Source: Polyangiales bacterium
Lineage (GTDB): Bacteria > Myxococcota_A > Polyangia > Polyangiales > Ga0077539
DNA: 64,000 nt
Direction: 5' to 3'
Assembly (NCBI GenBank): GCA_044229975.1
Contig: JBGARZ010000005.1
Coordinates: 320,001-384,000 of the forward strand
A model generated the notes under the pieces. It did no database searches. It saw only the letters and a list, made by a program, of their open reading frames with translations, and had not been told where the DNA came from. How positions within the stretch are numbered: position 1 is the stretch's first letter; each line of letters begins with the position of its first letter. A program made the translations under genes and the position numbers. This document shows positions 29,111-37,264 of the stretch, one piece after another.

Positions 29111-29713
29111 CTACAGCGCCCAGAGCGCGGCGAGGTCGAGCGCCGCGGCGTCGAAGGGCTCCGCGCGGACGACCGCGTCGCCTGAAAAGATGCCGATGAG
29201 CAGCCACCCCAGGTCGTGTCGTCGGAACACCTCCAGCGTGCGCAGCGCCGGATCGATGAGCCAGGCGTGCCCGACCGACTCACGGCGGTAGATCGGGAGC
29301 TTGCGTTCGCGATCGACGCCGGCGGTCGAAGACGACAACACCTCGCACACCCAGTCTGGCGCGAGGGTCAGCTCGTCGCTCTCGTCGAGGAAGCCGTCGG
29401 TCACGCGTTCGCGGCGCCAACCCGCGAGGTCGGGGATGAGAATGTCGGGCGTCGGCCCGAGGTGCAGTTCGGGCTCCGGCAAGAACACCCACCCGCCCGG
29501 TCCGTCACGACCGCGGTCAAAGGGGCCATCGAGCTCGGCGCCGAGGCGCCCCGCCGATCGCGCGTGTCGTCGGCGCGGCCGGGGCATGAGTGAGAGCTGG
29601 CCGCCGAGCACCTCGGCGACCATGGACTGCGGCGCGTTGCGGTAGCCCGCGACCACGTCCGGCGCGAGGTTCGGAAACTGGGGGTCGAGGGTGCGCGCCG
29701 CGTCGCCTGACAT
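29111..29713 (-). CDS. Uma2 family endonuclease
   Basis: GGWVFLPEPELHL, PDLAGWRRER, APDWVCEVLS and KLPIY. Confidence 0.92.
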   Translation of the reverse strand: MSGDAARTLDPQFPNLAPDVVAGYRNAPQSMVAEVLGGQLSLMPRPRRRHARSAGRLGAELDGPFDRGRDGPGGWVFLPEPELHLGPTPDILIPDLAGWRRERVTDGFLDESDELTLAPDWVCEVLSSSTAGVDRERKLPIYRRESVGHAWLIDPALRTLEVFRRHDLGWLLIGIFSGDAVVRAEPFDAAALDLAALWAL

Positions 29714-29760
29714 GCCGAGACGCTACCACCGCGCGGTCGGCGACGCGCCGTTGCGCGGCT

Positions 29761-32292
29761 CTACATGCAGACGTTGGCCGCGCCGGGTGTGCCGTGGTCG
29801 CCGCGCCCGAAGGTGGGGCCCCCCGCACACCACGATGCGGGCAGGTCGTTCATCGTCGCGTCGAGGATCGTCGGCCGCAGCGACTTCGATCGCCCCGCCG
29901 TGATGGGCCATCCCGCGGCGGCGCTGTTCTGGTACGTCACGCTGTCGATCACCGTCGTCCCGTCGCTGGCGAGGAGCGTGATGCTGTCGGGCGTCGCGGC
30001 GCCGTTGCCGAGGTCCATCGCGGAGCCGTACGCGTAGAGCACCGTGACGCCGCCGTTGACGGCCATGTCGGCGTTCTTCGCGAGCACCGCGTACCCGCGA
30101 GCAGCCACCATCAGCGGGGTCATCGACGTGATGGTGAACATCTCCGTCCCGCTCCCGCGCACCCGCATCCCGCGCAGGTCGACGGCCGTGTCCGACGGGT
30201 TGTAGACCTCGAACCACTCGCCCAGCGCGTCGGTCACCGCGTCGGGGTCGTTCATGATCTCGGTGATCACCAGCGTCCCGGTCATCGGGCCCGGCATGCC
30301 GAGGTCGGTCGGAACGACATCGCGACCACCCGCATCCACGCCCGCATCCACAGGAGTCCCCGCGTCTGGAACGCCCGCGTCCATCGGCGTCGCCGTGATG
30401 GCGCAGGCGTTCGATCCGTCCTGGCGCACGCACGGCATCGCGTCGCACACGTCACCCATCCCGTCGCCGTCGGCGTCGTCCTGGGTCGGGTTGAGATCGA
30501 ACGGCGGGTTGAAGATGCGCGGGCAGTTGTCCTGCGCGTTGGCCACCCCGTCGCCATCGTCGTCCGTCCCTGTCACCGGCGCGCCCGACACCGCGGGGAT
30601 CATCCCGCCGCCCGTCGCCCGTCGCGCGATCGCGGGGTGACCGAAGTCGCACCGATCGAGCTCCGCCGACCCGCAACGAAACAGCGGGAAGAGCTCATAC
30701 GCGTAGCAGTAATCCCCTGCCCCGGCGCCCGCGCACATCGCGTCGGCTGCGCGCGCCATGTCGAGCGCACCTCCGATCGCCCCGCGAAGTCCCGCGAGGT
30801 CGGACGGAACCGCGCAGACCACCTTCCGCACGCCGCACACGCCCGACATCCCGCCCGGCGACATGCCCTCGGGGACGGCCATGCAGCCCATCCCCGACAC
30901 CACCGTTCCCGCGAGCAGCGGCGCATCTCCGTAGATGGCCTTGCCCCCCACGATGACCAATCGGACGTCCTGCGCGCGGGCGTCGAGCAGCGCCCGGTAG
31001 GGGCGCGTCCGGTTGCCCGCGAAGACCGCGAGGTCGGCGAGGTAGTCGGGGGCGATGCGGCCGAGCAGGTCGTCGAGGTTGGTGGCGATGGCGCCGTTGA
31101 TGGTGGCCATCGCGACGAGCTCGACGTCGGTGAAGGTGCGGTCGTAGTAGCGCTCGTTGAGGTGCGCGGCGCACTGGAGCTCGCCGAGCATGTTCATGCT
31201 GCCCGACGGGGTCCAGTCGACGCCGAGCGCGACGGTCACGCCGAGCGCGTGCGCGGTCGTGACGTCGGCGGTCTCGCCGTAGAGGTCGATGTTGCTGCGC
31301 GGCGACCAGATGAGGTCGGCCCGCACCTGCGCCATGCGTGAGAGCTGCGCCGTCGAGCACCCGAGGCAATGCACGATGCCGGTCTTCTCGGTGATGACCC
31401 CGTTGCGATCGGCGACGTCGAACTCCGACCGCGCGTTGCCGTCGATGCCCTCGGCGATGTGCGGCAGGAAGGCGCGGTAGCGGCGGTCGGTGGTCATGCG
31501 CCCGCGCACCGACGCGAGGTGCGTGGCGGTGGTCATCTCGTTGGGCAGGCCCGTCGAGCTGGAGACGAGCACCGAGTCGATGTCGGGGTCGACGTAGGCG
31601 CCGTTGAGACCGCTGCCCGCGACGTCGAAGGAGTCGAGGTTGCGCACCCAGCTCGCGACGTTGACGTCGTCGAGGAGTGTTCCCGCAGTGCCTGACATGG
31701 CGGTGGTGCCGGCCATCGCGAGGCGCACCTCGGCGTAGCGCTGGGCGAGTCGCTGGTTGGTGCGGCTCGTCGACCCGAAGGGGCGGTGCGGGATCTTGAA
31801 GGTGTCGTAGAGCGGCTCGTGGTTGCGCCACGTGTTGCGGTTGTCGTAGCGGGCCGTGTGCCGAAACACCGGCATGTGGTTGTAGTCCGCGTGCTGGTGC
31901 GGATCGATCAGCCCCGGGAAGATCACCCCATCAGAGCACACCACCTGCGCGCCCCGCGCGTTGGCGTGGCCACCGCAGTCGGGGCCGACGCACGCGATGA
32001 TTCCCGTCTCGGCGGAGAAGAGCACCTCGCCGTCGCAGATCACCCGGTCGGGCGTGACCACCGTGCCGCGCAGCCGCACGAAGCGCGTGTTGCCGGTCGC
32101 GGGCGTGCACGCCGCAAAGGCGTCGGGGCAGGTCTCCGTCGCCACGCCCATCGCCGCGTCGCTCGGGACGACGGCCGCCTCCCTCGGGACGTCGACCGCG
32201 GGCGTCGATGCGTCGGGCGCGTCGGCAGGGGGTGACGAACAGCCGAGCACGAGCCCGATCAACACCAGACATCGGAGCAGGCTTCTCGGCAT
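29761..32292 (-). CDS. Exported amidohydrolase with TSP3-like Ca-binding repeats and a C-terminal lamin-tail domain
   Basis: Lipobox VLGC, PGLIDPHQH, HIAEG, GVDWTPSGS; DGDGVANAQDNCP; LVITEIMNDP...GEWFEVYN...GTPG. Confidence 0.85.
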   Translation of the reverse strand: MPRSLLRCLVLIGLVLGCSSPPADAPDASTPAVDVPREAAVVPSDAAMGVATETCPDAFAACTPATGNTRFVRLRGTVVTPDRVICDGEVLFSAETGIIACVGPDCGGHANARGAQVVCSDGVIFPGLIDPHQHADYNHMPVFRHTARYDNRNTWRNHEPLYDTFKIPHRPFGSTSRTNQRLAQRYAEVRLAMAGTTAMSGTAGTLLDDVNVASWVRNLDSFDVAGSGLNGAYVDPDIDSVLVSSSTGLPNEMTTATHLASVRGRMTTDRRYRAFLPHIAEGIDGNARSEFDVADRNGVITEKTGIVHCLGCSTAQLSRMAQVRADLIWSPRSNIDLYGETADVTTAHALGVTVALGVDWTPSGSMNMLGELQCAAHLNERYYDRTFTDVELVAMATINGAIATNLDDLLGRIAPDYLADLAVFAGNRTRPYRALLDARAQDVRLVIVGGKAIYGDAPLLAGTVVSGMGCMAVPEGMSPGGMSGVCGVRKVVCAVPSDLAGLRGAIGGALDMARAADAMCAGAGAGDYCYAYELFPLFRCGSAELDRCDFGHPAIARRATGGGMIPAVSGAPVTGTDDDGDGVANAQDNCPRIFNPPFDLNPTQDDADGDGMGDVCDAMPCVRQDGSNACAITATPMDAGVPDAGTPVDAGVDAGGRDVVPTDLGMPGPMTGTLVITEIMNDPDAVTDALGEWFEVYNPSDTAVDLRGMRVRGSGTEMFTITSMTPLMVAARGYAVLAKNADMAVNGGVTVLYAYGSAMDLGNGAATPDSITLLASDGTTVIDSVTYQNSAAAGWPITAGRSKSLRPTILDATMNDLPASWCAGGPTFGRGDHGTPGAANVCM

Positions 32293-32559
32293 GGAGCGAT
32301 CGTTGTCCGATCGACGCGGCGTTGTCTACGCGCTACTCGGCGCCCATCACGCCCGCGGCGAGCGCGGCGAAAAGGAGGGCGAGAGCGCGGAGGCCGATCG
32401 AGGGCATGGCGCGCACGCTACGGGGGCGAAGACACGGTGACGTGACGAACCCGCGACGACCTCGGCATGTGACAGCCGTGTGTGCTGCGTGAAGCTACGG
32501 TGAGATTGCCTCCGCGCCCTTGTGCGAGCCCGACCACCCCGCGTACGTCCGCGCGGCCC

Positions 32560-33999
32560 ATGAGACCCCTGCGAGCTTGCGCGATCGCGGTCGGACTGCT
32601 GCTCGCCTGCGCGGGTCCCGGCGACGATCGCGACGCGCTGCTCCGCTCCGCCTTCACGCGCACCGATGCCTCGCTGCTGGCCCAGCGGCCCGCCCTCATG
32701 GCCGGTCGCTACACCCTGATGAGCGCGTCGCCGGTGGCGTTCTATCGGGGCTCGCTCTCGCTCTTCCTCCGTGATTGGCGCGACGGGGCGATGGACCTCT
32801 CGCGCTCGGCCTTCGCCGTCGACGCCCCGATGCCCATCGGCGTCGGCGACCCCCACGTCGAGAACTTCGGCGCGCTCCAGGCCCGCGACGGCACGCTCGC
32901 GCTCGAACCCAACGACCTCGACGCCGCCGACCGCGTCCCATACCTCTGGGACCTGCGCCGCCTCACGGTCGGCCTCTGCGTCGCGGCCTTCACCGCCAAC
33001 CCCGACGACCCGACCGCCCGGCAGGCTTCCACGGCCGCCGCGCGCGACATCGCCCGCGAGGCAGCGCTCGCCTACGCCGCCGCGATCCAGCCACGGGCAC
33101 CCGAGGCGCGCGTCACCGAAGGCGGCGGCGTGCCGGTGCTGGACGACCTCTTCCGTCGTGGTCAGCGCGACGCCCAGCGGCGCGCGGAGCTCGACGAGCT
33201 CACCGTGGTGACCGCGGGCGCGCGGCGACTGCGGCGAGGGCCACCCGACGCCTCCGAGCCGACGAGCGCGCTGGCCGACCTTCCCCCGTGGGCGATGGAC
33301 TCGCTGCCCGATCTCTTCGCCCGCTATCGCTCGACGCTCACGTCACCGCCAGACCTCAGGTACTTCGCGGTGCTCGACGCGGCGAGACAGTTCGGCAGCG
33401 GCGTCGCCAGCTGGCCGCGGGTGCGACTGCTCGTGCTGCTGCGGGGCCCGACCGACGCGGACGAGGACGACGTCATCGTCGAGGTCAAGGAGCAGACCGA
33501 CTCCATCACCCCCGGCGGACCACCGCCGACCGTGTACTTCGACGACATCCCGTCCCGCGTGGCGGCCGCTCGCGCGACGCTGTGGTCACGCCCCGACGCT
33601 GACCCGCTCTGGGGGACGACGACGTGGTTCGGCCTCGCGGTGCAGGTGCGAACCGAGTCCGAAGCCCACAAGGGCGTTCGCATCGACCGCCTCACGGGCG
33701 CGGCCGGAACACCCGACGCACTCCGCGGTCTGGCGCGCGTCCTGGGCGCGATGCTCGCGCGTGCTCACCGGCGCTCGCTCCCCACGCCCGCGCCGCAGGC
33801 CGCGGTCGTCGCGCGTTCTCCGTCCGCTTTCGTCGACGAACAGGCCGAGGTCTCCATGCGCTACGTCGCCCAGGTGATGCACGACTGGCAGCGCTTCGGC
33901 GCCCTCGTTCGCACGGCGGGCCCGACGCTCGGCTTCCGGGCGCTACCCGACGACGCTCCGTCGTCTCCGGTACATGCCCTCTTCGGAGTAGCGCCATGA
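32560..33999 (+). CDS. DUF2252 family (kinase-like fold) protein with a lipoprotein signal
   Basis: Lipobox LLAC; MSASPVAFYRGS, GDPHVENFG, NDLD, WDLRRL, GSGVAS, EVKEQ and LARAH. Confidence 0.8.
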   Translation: MRPLRACAIAVGLLLACAGPGDDRDALLRSAFTRTDASLLAQRPALMAGRYTLMSASPVAFYRGSLSLFLRDWRDGAMDLSRSAFAVDAPMPIGVGDPHVENFGALQARDGTLALEPNDLDAADRVPYLWDLRRLTVGLCVAAFTANPDDPTARQASTAAARDIAREAALAYAAAIQPRAPEARVTEGGGVPVLDDLFRRGQRDAQRRAELDELTVVTAGARRLRRGPPDASEPTSALADLPPWAMDSLPDLFARYRSTLTSPPDLRYFAVLDAARQFGSGVASWPRVRLLVLLRGPTDADEDDVIVEVKEQTDSITPGGPPPTVYFDDIPSRVAAARATLWSRPDADPLWGTTTWFGLAVQVRTESEAHKGVRIDRLTGAAGTPDALRGLARVLGAMLARAHRRSLPTPAPQAAVVARSPSAFVDEQAEVSMRYVAQVMHDWQRFGALVRTAGPTLGFRALPDDAPSSPVHALFGVAP

Positions 34000-35063
34000 G
34001 TCGCTCCCTCGCCCTCGTCTCCTTCGCGCTCATGCTCGCGCCCCTCGCGGCGGGCGCCCAGGTCACTCCCCTGCAGGCGCCCAACGCCACGGCGGCGGGC
34101 AGCACGGGGCTCGCGGTTCGCCCGGGTGTGGAGGTGTTCGCGCAGTACGCGCTCCGGTTGACCAACACCGACTCGGGCACCGACACCGTCCACGACTTCG
34201 ACGTGCCGCGCACCCACGCGTCGCTGTCCGCGTCGTTCGAGCAAGTGCGCGCCCGCGTGGTGCTGGAGGCCGTGCGCTCGGCCTCCGAGGGATCGCTCCT
34301 CGGGGTGGGCGGCGACAGCCTCATCCTCCGCCTGCGTGAAGCGTGGGGCGGCTGGCAATCGCCCCGTTTCGACGTCCGCGCGGGTGTCACCCCGACGCTC
34401 ACCCTCCCGGAGATCGAGTCCACCTGGGGGTTGCGCGCCGTCGCGCCGACGCCGCTGGAGTCGACGCGCCTCGTCGCGCCGGCCGACCTCGGCGTGACCG
34501 TGCGCGTCGCGCTGCCAGGTGGCTACGGCGCCGTCGCGGTGGGCGCCTTCAACGGCGAGGGCTACGCGCAGCGGGAGTTCAACCGCAGCAAGAACGTCGA
34601 GGCCATGGCCGTCGTGCGCCCCGCGCCGTCGGGTGTGCTGCAGCCGCTCTGTGTTCTCGCGTCGTACCTCGTCGGGACGTCCGGGGCCGGCGACGTGCGG
34701 GCCGACCGCGCGACGGGCGCCATCCTGTGGCGAGGCACACGAGTACGCGGCGGCGTGTCGTTCACGTATGCGTGGGGCGTCGACGATCGCGGCGATCGCA
34801 ACGGGTGGCTCGCCGAGGGCTTCGTGGCGGCCGAGCCGGTGGGCGCGCTGCTCCTCGGGGCGCGTGTCCTGCGCTGGCGACGGGACGACGGCGTCGACAC
34901 CGACCACGTCACGACCATCGTCGCCACGGCGGGCTGGCGGGTCGCGCGCCCGTGGGAGGTCTTCGTCGCGGGCACCCGATCGATCCCTGGGGCGCGCGCC
35001 GTCCTGGCCGTCCCCGCGTCGGACTTCTGGGACCTGCGCGTCGTGTCGCGGCTGGTCTTCTGA
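33996..35063 (+). CDS. Putative outer-membrane beta-barrel (porin-like) protein
   Basis: Sec signal peptide, alternating beta-strand pattern, ADLG...FNGEGY, C-terminal Phe. ATGA overlap with the DUF2252 gene. Confidence 0.6.
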   Translation: MSRSLALVSFALMLAPLAAGAQVTPLQAPNATAAGSTGLAVRPGVEVFAQYALRLTNTDSGTDTVHDFDVPRTHASLSASFEQVRARVVLEAVRSASEGSLLGVGGDSLILRLREAWGGWQSPRFDVRAGVTPTLTLPEIESTWGLRAVAPTPLESTRLVAPADLGVTVRVALPGGYGAVAVGAFNGEGYAQREFNRSKNVEAMAVVRPAPSGVLQPLCVLASYLVGTSGAGDVRADRATGAILWRGTRVRGGVSFTYAWGVDDRGDRNGWLAEGFVAAEPVGALLLGARVLRWRRDDGVDTDHVTTIVATAGWRVARPWEVFVAGTRSIPGARAVLAVPASDFWDLRVVSRLVF

Positions 35064-35092
35064 CTTCAGTTCCCCTCTCGAAGGACCATTCG

Positions 35093-35758
35093 ATGAAGCA
35101 CCTCTCCATCGCCCTCGCGCTCCTCGCCGCTGGTTGCTCCGAGCAGCGCATCGACGCCCTCGTCATCGCCGACACCGGGGTCGACGTCCCGACCACGGCC
35201 GCGCCGATGGACGTCGGCACCGTCACCGCGACCGACGCCGGAACCATCGTCGCGACCGACACCCCGACGACGACGACCCGCGACGTGGGCGCGGGCGGGG
35301 CACTGGTCATCAACGAGATCCGCGCGGTGGGCGAGGAGTGGGTCGAGCTCTTCAACGCGGGCGCCTCACCGGTCGACCTATCAGACGTGATGGTGACCGA
35401 CACGGAGACCGACGACGGCGGCCCGCGGGTGTCGCGCGCGATGCGCTTTCCGCGCGGGACGATGCTCTCGCCGGGTCAGTACGTGGTGATCGTCTCGGAC
35501 CAGGCCGACGCTGGATCAGGACCGCAGACGCGTTGTCCCGACGGCGGTCCGACGACCTGCTTCCACGCGAGCTGGAGCTTGAGCGCGAGCCGCGGCGAAA
35601 ACGTCTGGGTGCTCTCTGCCACCGGCGTCGTGACGGCCCGCGAGCTGTACCCGATGGAGGCCGCGCCCGAGGGTCAGGCGTGGGGCCGCGTGCCCGACGG
35701 CACCGGGTCGTTTGCGCCCGTCCGTCCGACGCCGGGCGCGGTGAACGTCCGTCCGTGA
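35093..35758 (+). CDS. Lamin-tail-domain lipoprotein
   Basis: Lipobox AAGC, LVINEI..EEWVELFN, WGRVPDG and PTPGAVN. Confidence 0.85.
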   Translation: MKHLSIALALLAAGCSEQRIDALVIADTGVDVPTTAAPMDVGTVTATDAGTIVATDTPTTTTRDVGAGGALVINEIRAVGEEWVELFNAGASPVDLSDVMVTDTETDDGGPRVSRAMRFPRGTMLSPGQYVVIVSDQADAGSGPQTRCPDGGPTTCFHASWSLSASRGENVWVLSATGVVTARELYPMEAAPEGQAWGRVPDGTGSFAPVRPTPGAVNVRP

Positions 35759-35817
35759 CAGTCGTCGACGAGACCGTCAGTCGAGCACCGAAAGATGAGC
35801 GCGGACGCTTCGACGGC

Positions 35818-36288
35818 CTACCGATCGCAGACCACCTGCCACGCGCCGCTGGAGCAGATGATGTCTTCACCCCCGTCGCGCGGGAAGACGCCGAAGCTCG
35901 CGCAGCGGACGTACCCGAGCCACTCGCGGGTACCGTCTGGCGGCGGCGAAGCGCTGTTCCAGACGAAGTAGTAGCTCGCGCCGTCGGGTGCGCGGGCGTA
36001 GCCGTGCCACACCTCCACGTCCAACAGGTACGACTGCCGCGCCGTCCAGAACGCGCGGCCCGCGCGAACGGCCTCGACCGCACACCGCCGCGACGAGGCT
36101 TGATCTTCAGCGGCAAGAACGCGCCCGCAGAACGTGGCTTCGGGCCCAGCGATCGCGACCAACGCAGGGTCGAGCGCGCACGACGCGCCGCCGTCTCGCG
36201 CGGAGGGTGGCGCGAGCCCGGTCGACGTCCCGCACCCGGCGAGGATCGCGCACGTCGCGACCCACGACCGACCGATGCAGACGCCCAT
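35818..36288 (-). CDS. Hypothetical Cys-containing lipoprotein
   Basis: Lipobox LAGC; fills the gap between convergent and divergent neighbours. Confidence 0.55.
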   Translation of the reverse strand: MGVCIGRSWVATCAILAGCGTSTGLAPPSARDGGASCALDPALVAIAGPEATFCGRVLAAEDQASSRRCAVEAVRAGRAFWTARQSYLLDVEVWHGYARAPDGASYYFVWNSASPPPDGTREWLGYVRCASFGVFPRDGGEDIICSSGAWQVVCDR

Positions 36289-36384
36289 GGAGGCGGAGCG
36301 TATCACCGCCGGGCGTTCGCTCCGGTGGGCCTTCCGCGACGTCGGCGCTCGACAGCGCGTGAGACCAGAGCGACAGGGATCACG

Positions 36385-36744
36385 ATGAGCTCCTTCCGTC
36401 GCAACATCCGCCCACACGTCGACGCCGAACTCCGAGCCGCGGCGGCGGCCGATGCCGAAGGTCGCGCGAGCGATGCCTTCGCCCACCTGGAGCGCGCGCA
36501 CGTGCTCGGTCAGGCGTCGACCATCGAGCACGTCCGGGTACACGGCCGCATGCTGCTCTGGGGCGTGCGGCACGGCGACGCGCGAGAGTGCGTCGGTCAG
36601 GTGATCCGCATCGCCGGCGCCGCCACGAAGACGGCGTTTGGCATGGTGCCGCACGGCAACACGGGCGGCGCCAACGTCAGCCCGGTCGCCCGTATGGCCG
36701 TCCCGCCAGACCTCGCGGCGCGCATCCGCGAAGCGCAGTCGTAG
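36385..36744 (+). CDS. DUF3703 family protein
   Basis: AFAHLERAHVLGQ, HVRVH, GQVIR and PHGNTGGANVS. Confidence 0.85.
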   Translation: MSSFRRNIRPHVDAELRAAAAADAEGRASDAFAHLERAHVLGQASTIEHVRVHGRMLLWGVRHGDARECVGQVIRIAGAATKTAFGMVPHGNTGGANVSPVARMAVPPDLAARIREAQS

Positions 36745-36843
36745 CGAGCGCTCAGCTCACCGACCTTGTCGAGCGCGGGCCATCGCCCGCAACGGCGCAC
36801 GTCGCGGAGCGCCGTCGCCGCCCGGGCGGTCGAGGACGCTCTT

Positions 36844-37101
36844 TCAGCGAACGATGCTGGTCTCGCCCGTCGTCGTGGCGTTGCGGCGCACTTCGAGCCG
36901 GTACCGGCTGTTGGTGGTCTGGAGGTAGTAGACCTCTTCGCCGGCGACCCGGAGGATGCGTCGCACCGGCGTGGTCACGTACTCGTGCAGCCCGTCGGGG
37001 AACTCGATGACCACGACCTGACCCCGTCGCGGAGAGCGCACGAGGCGACCTACCACCGGGCGGCCAGGCTTCGGACCAAGCTTGCGGAGCACGACCTCCA
37101 C
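36844..37101 (-). CDS. Small hypothetical protein (85 aa, beta-rich)
   Basis: Protein-like composition (EYVTTPVRRILR, YLQTTNSRYRLEV) and GC3-biased codons. Confidence 0.65.
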   Translation of the reverse strand: MEVVLRKLGPKPGRPVVGRLVRSPRRGQVVVIEFPDGLHEYVTTPVRRILRVAGEEVYYLQTTNSRYRLEVRRNATTTGETSIVR

Positions 37102-37264
37102 GACGGGAAAACGCTAGCACAGGGCCCCGCGCGATCGCACGACCATCCCGAACCAAATCCACGACGCTCGTCACCCCCTCCCCACCCGTCACCCCTTGCG
37201 CTAGTCATCTGCGCCCTGCCCTTTGACAGATCCGTCCAAAGTCCTGACACGCCCCGCCAAGGTC

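Noticed and set aside
29680..29693. Match to the 44-bp repeat head (ggggtcgagggtg) as an attachment site
   Set aside because: A 13-bp GC-rich match inside a coding region is plausible by chance, and no integrase is present.
29111..29713. Uma2 nuclease as a defence system
   Set aside because: Stand-alone Uma2 genes are very common, multi-copy genes in this kind of genome, and no partner gene is adjacent.
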